A stretch of 64,000 nt of DNA from Candidatus Krumholzibacteriota bacterium (GTDB taxonomy: Bacteria > Krumholzibacteriota > Krumholzibacteriia > JAJRXK01), in the NCBI GenBank assembly GCA_963764625.1, contig CAVXTH010000009.1, forward strand, positions 832,001 to 896,000, in the 5' to 3' direction. Numbering within the stretch: position 1 is the first letter of the stretch; each line of letters opens with the position of its first letter. The notes under the pieces are model-generated. The model saw nothing but the letters and a program-made list of their open reading frames with translations, had not been told where the DNA came from and searched no databases. Shown piece after piece: positions 54,425 through 64,000 of this stretch. Made by a program: the position numbers and the translations under genes.

Positions 54425-55363
54425 ATGAACAGAGCCAGCAACAGACAGTCTCGAGCCCGCCGGTGGCCGCTTTCGAGCGCGGTTCTGGTGCTCTCGCTCG
54501 CGCTCTTGGGCCTCCTCTTCGCGGGATGCGACGAGAACGACGATCTGGTGGACGTCACGCCTCCGGCCATTCCCAACGGGGTGAGTTCGATCACCGGGGA
54601 TTCGGTACTGTGGGTGATCTGGAACGCCAACCGCGAGCCCGATCTGGCCGGTTACCGGGTCTACTCCACCACCCAAGTCGACGGGAATTACGATCCGGTG
54701 AACTGGCAGCTGCTGCTCGAGGTGGGCAGCCCGTTTCCGGACATCCCCAACCTGGTCAGCTACGAACCCAATGCGAACGAGGGAAAGCCCTATCTGGTCT
54801 TCGAGGATCACACCGTCGACAACGGCTATGACTACTATTACGCGATCAGCGCCTTCGACGACGCGGGCAACGAGAGCGCTCTCTCCACCGACTACGTGGT
54901 GGACACTCCGCGGCCGGAGGGCGAGATCACCCTCAGCGCGGCCAGCGTGGATTCCTCGCGCGCCGGATTCGACTTCAGCGAGGAGACGAGACGGTATCCG
55001 GCCGACGTGTTCAGCGATTGCAGCTTCGATATCGTCAACGGAATCCCTCTCTTCACGGCCCAGGCCCCCTGGGTGAGGATGCAGGATTATGGGGACGTGG
55101 ACTTCGACACCGCCAGCTGGGCTCCCGAGTTCGGCTGGTCACAGGCCGGCGTGATGGAGGCGATCGAAGGTCACAGCTACTTCTTCGAGATCGTAGATGG
55201 GCAGCAGCTCAACTACGCCAAGGTTTTCGTGGAGACCATTTCGCAAAACAACGGCACGATTAAATTGATGTGGGGCTACCAGCCCGTCGAGGGTCTACCC
55301 GAGCTCAAGCGGCCTCAGGCGGCTCTTCCGCCGCGAGGTTCAGGGAAGGAGAGCTCACAATGA
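54425..55363 (+). CDS. Lipoprotein with FN3-like domain
   Basis: Lipobox LFAGC; 'DVTPPAIP.G', 'W..N.EPDLAGYRVY', 'YYYAISAFD..GNES'. Confidence 0.82.
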   Translation: MNRASNRQSRARRWPLSSAVLVLSLALLGLLFAGCDENDDLVDVTPPAIPNGVSSITGDSVLWVIWNANREPDLAGYRVYSTTQVDGNYDPVNWQLLLEVGSPFPDIPNLVSYEPNANEGKPYLVFEDHTVDNGYDYYYAISAFDDAGNESALSTDYVVDTPRPEGEITLSAASVDSSRAGFDFSEETRRYPADVFSDCSFDIVNGIPLFTAQAPWVRMQDYGDVDFDTASWAPEFGWSQAGVMEAIEGHSYFFEIVDGQQLNYAKVFVETISQNNGTIKLMWGYQPVEGLPELKRPQAALPPRGSGKESSQ

Positions 55364-57206
55364 AAACGCGAATCCAAACCATGCTTTCCCTTTTTCTGAC
55401 GCTGATCATTTGGGCGCGCTATGCCCTCGACTTCGGTCGCCACCATGGTCACTCCAACCACCGTTCTCTCGCTCCAGAATGAACCCAAGGCCGGCGATTC
55501 CTCGGCCGACGAGGTCCGCTACGCTTCGCGCGAACTGAGGGTGAGGGTGTGGCACGACAAGGACGACGACGCGGTCTACGCCCGCGGCGAAGCCCTTCAG
55601 TTGTACTTTCGTACCAACGACGACGCGTACGTGGTGCTCTACTACATCGACGCCGACGGTTACACGGAGATCCTCTGGCCGCAGAGTCGCTTTGACGACG
55701 GATTCGTGTTTGGCGGACACACCTACTCCATTCCGGGACGTTCCGCCGATCAGGGGCTGTGGGTTTCGCAGTCCAAGGGCGTGGAGTACGTGGAAGCGAT
55801 TGCCAGCCAGTATCCTTTCGATCTGCGCGAGCTGGCGATCGACTTCCGCTACGGGCCGGACGAAACCGGCGAGTACGCGCACCGGGTGTCGGGGGATCCG
55901 TTCCTGGCGGTGAACGACATCAACTACGCGATCACCGGCCTCGACGAAGACGTGGACTGGCTGGTCACGGACTGGACACACATCTACGTCGACCAGAAGG
56001 TGGATTACCCGCGCTACACCTGCACGCAGTGCCACGCGGGGAACGATCCAAAGTATGCTCCCTACACCAGCACCTGCACTCAGGTGAACATCTACGCCGA
56101 CTGGGGTTGGTACTCGCACTGGTACGCGAGCTTCGGGTACTACCCGCTGTACTGCGACGCGCCCTACTACTACTGGGACCGTTTCCTGTACCGGCCCTAC
56201 TACTACAGCTACTACCCGATCTATTACTCCTGGCCCGGCTGGAACTGCTACGTGCGGTCCTATCCGGTGTACGCCTGGAGAACCCACCCACGGTATCGGG
56301 GGGACTACGTGACGCTCTACCAGAGGGGCGTGGTCAAGGATCGCCCGCTCTACGATCCGCGCGTGCGCGAACCCTCGTCGGTGCGCGGCCGGGATCCGAG
56401 CCGGATCCCTCCCAGCATCGCGCGCCGTGGGCCCGAGGACTCACAGCGTCCTAGGCGGGTGGACCGCGATCAACTGACACGGAACGAGATGCCGGTGCGG
56501 CAGCCACGAGACCGTACGCTGACTCCCTCCTCGGGGGGAAGCGGACGCGAGCGCGCCGGAGTGCGGCCCTCGCGCGCAAGGCCGACGAGGACCGTGCGCA
56601 GCCTGGATCCGAACGGTTCCACCAGCGAACGCTCCCACCGTCCGCGATCGAAATGCCGGTAGTGACTCAGGCGCCGCGAGCACGAGTCACGGGCGCCGCT
56701 GGACGCGGCCGGTCGTGCGCAACGCTCCGGCCAATCGCGTATCTCCAGCACCGAGGCAGAGCGAGGGGTCCAGGGCGCGACCGCGCAAGGGTAGCAGCGG
56801 CAGTGTGCGCAAGCCCGATTCACCGCGGCAGGGAGAGCGGCAGAAAGTCTCTCCTCCGCCTCGCCAGTCACAGCCGCGAAAGAGCCAGGCCGCGCCAAGG
56901 CTGAAATCCCGTGATACGAAGCAACGCTCGGGCGGCCGAGATTCCAAAGGCGCGCCACACGCGTCTTCGGTCAGGGCCCCGCGTTCGGGCGGTTCGCCGA
57001 GCCAAGGAACTCAGGTGCGACGGAGTCCGTCCGGCGCTTCATCGAGGCAAGGGTACTCCGCAGCCTCGAGGAGTCCGTCGCAGGGCGCCTCGAGGGCGCG
57101 CGTCACTCCGTCGCGAACTCCCTCGGCTCCGCGCCCGTCCGGCGGCGCGCGTTCGGGTGGATCACGGGGATCCAGTGGCAACGGACGCAGGGGAGGTCGC
57201 GGATAG
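55360..57206 (+). CDS. Secreted DUF4384-like protein with CxxCH, Tyr-rich region and R/S/G-rich tail (frameshifts near 55410 and 56650)
   Basis: ATGA overlap; 'VY..GE.LQLYFRTNDDAYVVLY.ID.DG...ILWP'; 'CTQCH'; tail continues in ORF 56715-57206. Confidence 0.7.
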
Positions 57207-57431
57207 CAACTCGCGATTGATTTGAGTGAGGGATTCCCACTCGGCCTGAATGGCGCGAGCGGGCCGCGAGTTCCTTCCCATCGATGGTTGGCAGCCGAAT
57301 GTGGGAGGGGGGAATCAGCGGACTTTGGGGGCCCTCTTGGGAGAGGGGCAAAAGGCCAAATTTGTCGATCAGGGGCGACGATGCAGGACCGGACGCTCCT
57401 CTCCCGCGACTTGGGGTGGTGGATGTGGTGA

Positions 57432-57469
57432 GAAGGGGCGGCGGTTGACCCTGCCGCCGTCTCCTTTTT
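57432..57469 (+). terminator. Intrinsic terminator ending a structured intergenic element
   Basis: GGCGGCGG-TTGACC-CTGCCGCC then TTTTT; 42 nt before ATG 57512. Confidence 0.7.
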
Positions 57470-57511
57470 ATACTCCCGGCTCCAATTCTCTCTGACCAGG
57501 AACGAGCACGC

Positions 57512-60500
57512 ATGACCTTCAGCCGCGGGTCTTGGGCCGCTCTGGCGCTCCTCACCCTCCTCCAGCTTCCGCTCTCTCCCGAGGTGGCGGCAAGCACCGA
57601 AACCAGGCCGTGGTTTCAATCCTCATCCCCGGCTTCCGCGATAGCCACGCGTCAGCTTCTCGCACGGGCCTCTCGCCCCATGCGCTTCAGCGGCGCCAAG
57701 CTGAGTCAGATCGACGCCTTCCAGTCGCACAAAGCGCCCGCCCTACTACGCATGCTCGTAGTGGGGTGCGACTTCTCCGACAGTCTGCTCTGGGGGCGTG
57801 ACCGCTCGCAGTTCGTCGGTTGGCCGGCTCCCGCCCGCCAGGGAAACTTCCTGTTCAACGACGAAGGAAAGGCGATCACCGACGCACAGGGGAATCCCAT
57901 CTACGAATTCGCCGCGCACGATTCCACCTACTTCGACCTCCAGATGCGCAAGACGGCGGACTACTTCACGACCGTCTCGCAAGGGACGTTCGACTTGCAG
58001 TGGCAGGCCCTGTCGACGCTGGTGAACCTGCCCGAGCCGATGGGTTACTACGGCGCCGACCAGGACAACAACGATCGGTTGGTGGAGATGGCCAAGGCGG
58101 TCGTGGAGGCGGTCGATTCCGAAGTGGATTTCAGCAGCTTCGACACCCTCGTACTCGTCCACGCCGGGGCGGGACGCGAGACGGATATCAACAACGACAG
58201 CCCCCAACAGCTCTTCTCGAACTATCTCGACCGTCGTGATTTCGAACAGGCCATGGCGGACACCGTATTGTCCGAGCCGGGAATCCCCACTCAAGACGGC
58301 GTGTTGATCCGCCACGTTCTCATTCTGCCTGAGTCGGAAACCCAGGACCCGGTCGTCTCCCTGGGTCTCAACGGTTTCTTCGGGATGCGTGGGGTCTATT
58401 GCTTCGAGGTGGGTCTGCGACTGGGGATGCTCAGCCTGGCCGATTTCACTCCCTCGGGCCGTCCCGACAGCCAGGGCATCGGGAACTACGGCCTGATGGG
58501 GTATGGGCTGTTCACCGGCTTGGGGATCGTGCCGGCCGAGCCGTGCGCCATGAATCGCATGCTCATGGGTTGGGTGGATGCGGTCGAGATCGACTCGGAC
58601 AGCGCGCGTCGAATTGCCTCCCATCGAAACCGGAGTGGGCGACACGCTTCTGGTCAAGGTGCCCATCACCGACCGCGAGTATTTCCTCCTCGAGTATCGC
58701 CTGCAGGATCCCGACGGGAGCTTCACCTTCACTTTCGACGACCTCAACGGAAATCGGGTGCCCGATTTCTACGACGCGGACAGCGACAGTCGATCGGAAT
58801 TTTCTCAATGGACAGCCGAGCTCGACCTTCGATCCCGCCACCGACACCTGGGAGAGCACCCAGGGGGCGGAGTGGGATTTCTTCATGAGCGAGTTTCCGG
58901 TGGAGGACTCGGATGGTCCGGGTAGGGGACCGGGGCGGGGCAACGGACTCTACGTGTGGCACATCGACGAGCGGGTCATTCTGGAATCGTCTACTCGCCG
59001 GCACGAACGACATCAACTCCGATCCCCATCGGAAGGGAGTCGATCTCGAAGAGGCGGATGGAGTCCAGGATCTCGACACTCTCAAGGCCTCTCGCTTTCT
59101 CTTGGGATGGGATCGCGACTGTTTTCGTGGGGAGGGAGTGCTGATCGGAGATGAGCTCTTCGGCACTCGCTTCGCGGACGACACGCTTCCCAACGCCCTG
59201 AGCGCCGACGGCGCCTCGATCGGGTTCTCCATCAGCGAAATCGACAGCGTGCAGTTGGGGGTCGAAGGCTGCGCCGTGGGACCTGACTGTCCTTTGGGCG
59301 GACGCTTTACCTGTACCGCGATCGCCTGGGCTTCACTCTCGGCTTCGCCCGGCCCTGCACGCTCCGGGGGTAACCCTCGCCGCGGCACAAAAGCTCGACG
59401 CGGACGGACCTCGCTACGAGGTGCGTCTGGCCGACCTCGACGGAGACGGGCGGCCCGAGATCCTGCTCGCCGGCGATCAGGGTGCGCTGCTCGCCTTCCA
59501 CGGCGATCTCACTCCCTGGCAGGCCGGGGCCGATCCTCAAAACCCTACGTGCTCGCGCGCGCCATGGGGCAAGACGGCCCCCCGCAGTGGCTGGGGGCCC
59601 CCGTGATCGGAGACCTGGATGGCAATGGCACTCCGGAGATCTTTCTCAGTGCGCGCGACGGGGTCTACGCGTTCGATCCCCAGGGGAATGAACTGCGGGA
59701 TGGCGACGCGAATCCCTCGACTCTCGGTCTGTTCTTGCTCCCGCCCGCACTCGACGCCGAGCCCACCGAGCTCTCCCACCCCTGCCTTCTCGCTCCTCAC
59801 GACGGTGACCTCGCGGTCTTCTCCCCGGTCGCGCGTGCGGACCTGGTCGTGATCGCGCGCGGCAAGCAGGAGGGGGCCAAGGTGGGCGCGAGTCTGGTGG
59901 AATGGGACGGCGTGAGCCAGCCCACCGTGCTCACCTCCTCGGACCGCTCGGACGGGACGGCACGCCGTGGCGTCCTGAGCCAAGGATCCACCGGGGCACT
60001 CTATCTGTCGGTGGGTGGGGGGATCCCGCAGAACTTCTCGGGGCGGATCCTGCTGCGCCCCCCCGCAAAAGCGGCCAAGGCAGCGTTCACTCCTCCGCCC
60101 CCGCCGATCGTGGAGACGCCTTCGGTGCTCTTGAGCATTCGTCTCCGCGGCGACGGGATCTACGATCTGGTGATGGTCGACACCCTGGGAGTCCCCCGAG
60201 TGCCGCTGGCGACGCACGGAAGCTCACTTCCCTCTCCCTGGTCGGCTCTGGTGGGAGGGCCGGAGCGGCAGAACGGCGCTCCTGTCCTGGCGCTGGCGGC
60301 GGGGGATGCGCTCTGGCTCCTGGACCGGAATCTCTCACAAAGGTCCGACGGCCCCTACCGGCCATCCTATTCCACCGCGCAACTGCAGGGCGGAGTTCCC
60401 GCCGCTCCTCTCCTGGTGGATCTCGATGGCGACGGGACGGTGGAGGCGATCTGGCACGATCGGGTCGGGCGGGTGCACGCGGTCGACCTGAACTCCCGGA

Positions 60501-61069
60501 GTCTGCCCGGATGGCCGTGGCAGGGTCCCGGCGAACCCTCGGGGTCGCCCGCGGTGGGCGATGTGAACGGCGATGGCAGCCTCGAGCTCGTTCTGGCGTC
60601 CGGATTCGACGCTCTTTTGGGGACGGACGCGGATGAGCGACTTCCGCTCACTCGGCGCATCGGTGAGCTGCGGGTGTATGCACTCCAGATTCCGAGCACG
60701 CGTTTCGCTCCCTGGACTCAGGGAGGCGCCAACGCCTGGGGCACGGGCCATCAGGCTCTCGCTTCGAGCGCCAGCGCGGCCGTCTCCGGCGGCGAGGCGT
60801 TCAGCAACGGGGATCTCTTCGTCTATCCCAATCCAGTAGATGGTCCTAAGGTCCATCTGCGCGTCCGGCTGAGTCGTACGGCCCTGGTGAGTTCGAGCAT
60901 TTTCGATCTCCAGGGACAGGTCGTCCGGCAGACCGGAATCATCCGCGGCGAAGGACCCGGCCAGTTGGAGTTCGAGTTTTCAGTGACCGGTCTCGCGGCC
61001 GGTCTGTATGTGGCCAAAGTGGAAACGGAGGGCAGCGTGGCCCTCAAGCCCTTTGCTCTCGTGCGATGA
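57512..61069 (+). CDS. Immune-inhibitor-A (M6)-like domain + FG-GAP repeats + T9SS-type C-terminal domain; several frameshifts
   Basis: 'DFSSFD...VHAGAG.E', 'GIG.YGLMG.G', 'EYFLLEYR', 'GLYVWHIDE', 'DLEEADG', 'DLDGDG' repeats, 'YPNP...IFDLQG..V...LAAGLY'. Confidence 0.78.
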
Positions 61070-61161
61070 GCTGGTGGACTTTGCCAAGGTCCGCGCGAGA
61101 GCTGTATACTCAATGCTCGAATCCGTGCCGCGCAATCGGCCTGAACGGTTGGGAGAGCTTC

Positions 61162-62094
61162 ATGCGCAATTCCTCGTGTATCGCCCTCGCGGCGCTTTTC
61201 ATTTTCCTGGCGAGCGTGCCTCCCTCGTGGGCAGGGAATCCAGGAGATGCCGGCTTTCTGTCCTTGAGGATGGGAATCGGCGCGCGCAACGGCGCGATGG
61301 GCGACGTTGGGGTGGCCGAATCGACCGGCGCCACCGCGATGTACTACAACCCGGCCAATCTCGTGTACACCTCAGGTACGGACGTCACTCTCCAGCACGT
61401 CGAGCACTTCAGCCTCTTTCGCCAGGAGGCGGCCGCGATCAGCCACCGGCTGCCCCGGGGCGCCGTAGGGCTCATCTTCAGCGGCTTTTACGTAAATGAT
61501 GCCATCCCCTTGACCACTCTGGATCGCATCGGGGTTTCCCAGGGCGATTTCCAACCCTACCAGCTCGCGGTGGGTCTGGGTTACGCCTACCAGTTCCACG
61601 ATTTCTCGCTGGGATTGGTGGGAAAGTTCCTCTACGAGCGCATCGAGTCCTACGGCGCGGCGGGCCTGGCGCTCGACTTCGGGATCAGCCATCGCAGCAA
61701 GATTCCAGGTCTCACCCTGGCCGCCGCGGTCGCCAATCTCGGCGGCCAGATGACGGTGAAAGAGGAGCCCTACGATCTTCCGTTCACCACGCGTCTGGGG
61801 GCCAGCTATACCCCCCACACCGAAGGGAAGGGACTCGCCCAGAACCTCACCCTGGCCACTGACCTGGTCCTGCCCAACGACGGAAACGGGCGGCTCCACG
61901 TGGGAGGAGAACTCCGCCTCCATTCCAGTTTCGCGGTGCGGGCCGGATATCGCTTCAACTACGATACCTACGGGCTCACCGCCGGCTTGGGCTTTCACAC
62001 GGGGAATTTGACGGTGGACTACGCGTTCATGGACAACGGAAACGAGCTCTCGGACGACCACCGCATCTCGCTGTCCTTCGCGTTCTTGCCGTAG
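61162..62094 (+). CDS. PorV/PorQ family outer-membrane beta-barrel
   Basis: 'FL.L..GAR..AMG', 'A.YYNPA', 'LP.T.RLG', 'R.GY', 'G.G.....DYA', 'HRISL'. Confidence 0.85.
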   Translation: MRNSSCIALAALFIFLASVPPSWAGNPGDAGFLSLRMGIGARNGAMGDVGVAESTGATAMYYNPANLVYTSGTDVTLQHVEHFSLFRQEAAAISHRLPRGAVGLIFSGFYVNDAIPLTTLDRIGVSQGDFQPYQLAVGLGYAYQFHDFSLGLVGKFLYERIESYGAAGLALDFGISHRSKIPGLTLAAAVANLGGQMTVKEEPYDLPFTTRLGASYTPHTEGKGLAQNLTLATDLVLPNDGNGRLHVGGELRLHSSFAVRAGYRFNYDTYGLTAGLGFHTGNLTVDYAFMDNGNELSDDHRISLSFAFLP

Positions 62095-62108
62095 GCAAAG
62101 CGCTTGGC

Positions 62109-62852
62109 TCAGGCGCTTCTCCCCTCTGATCCCGTGACGGGCAGAACCTCCAGGCGTCCTTCGCGCAGACGTCCGTAGGTGAAGTGCTGCACCCAGTCTC
62201 CCAGACAGACCAGACGCCACGAATCGAAGGGCGTGTTGCACGGGTGGTGGATGTGGCCGATCACCAGGTAGTCGACGTCCGAATGATCGTGGCGTCGCCC
62301 GTAGCTTTGGATCGCCTCGTCGAGCTGGGCGCCGTAGTTGCGCCCCTTCTTTCGTGAGGCATCGGAAATCCGGCTGGCCAGCCAATTCAGGATTTCCGGA
62401 TGAAGGGACTTGGCCAAGAACACCAGGACAGGGTTGCGCACCGCAGCGCGGAAGCCGCGGTAGAAGACGTCACCGGTGAGGATGCCGTCTCCGTGATCGA
62501 GCCGCAGGCGGCGCCCCTGTCGTTCGATCACCGTAGCATTGGGGAGCGAAGGGATGCCGAGCTCGTCGCGCAGGAACTCCGCGCACCAGATGTCGTGGTT
62601 TCCGCCCACGAAGGAGATCCGGACGCCCCGGTCCTGGAGCTTGCGGAGCCCGTAGAGAATCTCCAGGTGCGTCTTGGGCATGAAGGTGGGATAGTCCAGC
62701 CAGAAATCGAAAATGTCTCCCAGGAGAATCAGCTCGCACTCATCCTCTAGCCCTTGCAGCCAGAGGAGGAAGCGCTGGATCCGCTCCTGTTCCCTCTCCC
62801 GGGTGAGAGCGCCGAAGTGCGTATCACTGGCGAAATAGACGGTTTCTGTCAT
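62109..62852 (-). CDS. lpxH: UDP-2,3-diacylglucosamine diphosphatase (calcineurin-like)
   Basis: 'SDTH', 'LGDIFDFW', 'GNHD', 'HGD', 'GHIH', 'LGDW'. Confidence 0.78.
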   Translation of the reverse strand: MTETVYFASDTHFGALTREREQERIQRFLLWLQGLEDECELILLGDIFDFWLDYPTFMPKTHLEILYGLRKLQDRGVRISFVGGNHDIWCAEFLRDELGIPSLPNATVIERQGRRLRLDHGDGILTGDVFYRGFRAAVRNPVLVFLAKSLHPEILNWLASRISDASRKKGRNYGAQLDEAIQSYGRRHDHSDVDYLVIGHIHHPCNTPFDSWRLVCLGDWVQHFTYGRLREGRLEVLPVTGSEGRSA

Positions 62853-62961
62853 TATGAGATTCCTGGCTCGCGCCGAACGGCCGATTCCCTCACGCGCGGC
62901 GTGAACGCAGGGTAGACGAAGGCCCGGTGGCGGGCAACCGCGAGCGGGAAGGAGATTGCCG

Positions 62962-63369
62962 ATGAATTCGTGGGACGACGTCAAACAGAACATGGGGAAT
63001 TGGTTCCAGGGGGCGGCGCAGGGAACCGATCGACTGGCACGCCTCGGAATGCGGGCCTACGACCGGCATGGGATCGCGCGAGACCTCGAGCGGGACTACG
63101 CCCGTCTGGGACGGGTGGTTCACCGCCTCATGAGCGAGGACGAGAACGCGGTGCTCAGAGCTGACGCCACGGTACGGGCGGAAATGGGCCGGATCGCGCG
63201 CCACCGAGAGGAGCTGCACCAGGCCGAGCAGGAGATGGACGAGCTGCGCCGCGCCAAGTCGAAAGCCGCGGATGCCGAAGAGAGCGCCGGCGAGGCTGCT
63301 CCCGAAGAGGCGGCGACAGAGCCCACCCAGGCGTCCACCGAGAATTCAGGTGCCGAGCGTCCGGATTGA
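62962..63369 (+). CDS. Coiled-coil hypothetical protein
   Basis: GGAG RBS, helical body, acidic tail. Confidence 0.65.
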   Translation: MNSWDDVKQNMGNWFQGAAQGTDRLARLGMRAYDRHGIARDLERDYARLGRVVHRLMSEDENAVLRADATVRAEMGRIARHREELHQAEQEMDELRRAKSKAADAEESAGEAAPEEAATEPTQASTENSGAERPD

Positions 63370-63529
63370 CCGCTGACGCCTAAGCTGCTATTGTGAATGC
63401 AGAACGGGCTTGCCAGGAGTGTTCCCACCCTCCTCCGTTCCGCGACTGGACGATCGATCCGAGCTGCTTTTGCCCCCGGGCTTGGGATCAGGCCGAGGAT
63501 CAGGGTTTGCAGTAGGATGGTCGTGTTCG

Positions 63530-64000
63530 ATGCAATCTGAAGGCACGAGGAAGCAGCATACTTCCACCTCTCCGCCCTCGCGGCGGACCGGGGTGGTGCG
63601 TCGGGCTGGACTGCTCTGTTGTAGTCTGGTGGTGGCCTCGAGTTCCCTGCTCTTTTTGGCCCGTGCCGCTTCGAGCGCCGAAGGACCCGACTCCGGGCGC
63701 GAAGAACTCCACTCTCCTTTCGTCAAGGTCGCCGAACTGGTGACTCCAGCCGTGGTCGCGATTCGGACCGTCCATAGTTCGAGCGGGGACAGTGGCCTCC
63801 GCGAGATGTTCCGCGAGTTCTTTCCCAAAGGTCGCGACTTCCATCACCCCGATTTCGACGTACCCGGCGCGGGCTCGGGCTTCGTCGTCTCGGCGGATGG
63901 CTACATCGTCACCAATAATCACGTCGTCGCGAACGCCGATAACATCCACGTCAAATTGGCCGGGGTGAGCGAACCCCTGAGGGCTACCGTGGTCGGAACC
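63530..64000 (+). CDS. DegP/HtrA serine protease (3' truncated by window)
   Basis: Own translation: TM, 'FVKVAELVTPAVVAI', 'GAGSGFVVSADGYIVTNNHVV'. Confidence 0.9.
   Translation, partial: MQSEGTRKQHTSTSPPSRRTGVVRRAGLLCCSLVVASSSLLFLARAASSAEGPDSGREELHSPFVKVAELVTPAVVAIRTVHSSSGDSGLREMFREFFPKGRDFHHPDFDVPGAGSGFVVSADGYIVTNNHVVANADNIHVKLAGVSEPLRATVVGT

Noticed and set aside
53700-57470. CRISPR array or tandem repeat in the intergenic and low-complexity regions
   Set aside because: No regularly spaced 25-45 nt repeats and no cas genes. The repeats are 7-mers or coding low complexity.

Overview
GC-rich bacterial chromosome segment, mostly core genome. The batCDE genes, PorV, a T9SS-type C-terminal domain and FadL suggest an FCB-group diderm, possibly a Krumholzibacteriota/Eisenbacteria/Latescibacterota-like lineage (inference). 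Housekeeping and metabolic content: batC/D/E, uvrA, HDAC-family deacetylase, queD, NSS transporter, tdk, btpA-rfbA-rfbB, CCA enzyme, fadL-GDSL lipase-fadD, mutY, icmF, ClC, UbiD, ispG, a REC/PEP-synthase-like protein with gdhA, tRNA-fMet, ftsB-eno, an ECF sigma operon, rlmN, lpxH and a partial degP. Several genes carry indels that look like sequencing errors. The standout is 49.9-62.1 kb. A small secreted pro-peptide gene (missed by the ORF track) sits directly upstream of a TPR-GAF-AAA+-HTH sigma-54 activator. Next comes a sigma-54 promoter, with enhancer-like and IHF-like sites, that leads into a ~390-nt structured ORF-free region (candidate regulatory RNA). A second sigma-54 promoter precedes a surface/secretion cluster: lipoprotein, DUF4384-like CxxCH protein, a second structured element, an M6-like protein lacking its zinc histidines, and PorV. 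I propose this as a candidate peptide-sensing (quorum-like) sigma-54/sRNA circuit. It is a hypothesis from sequence alone. No CRISPR array, prophage or IS element was seen.
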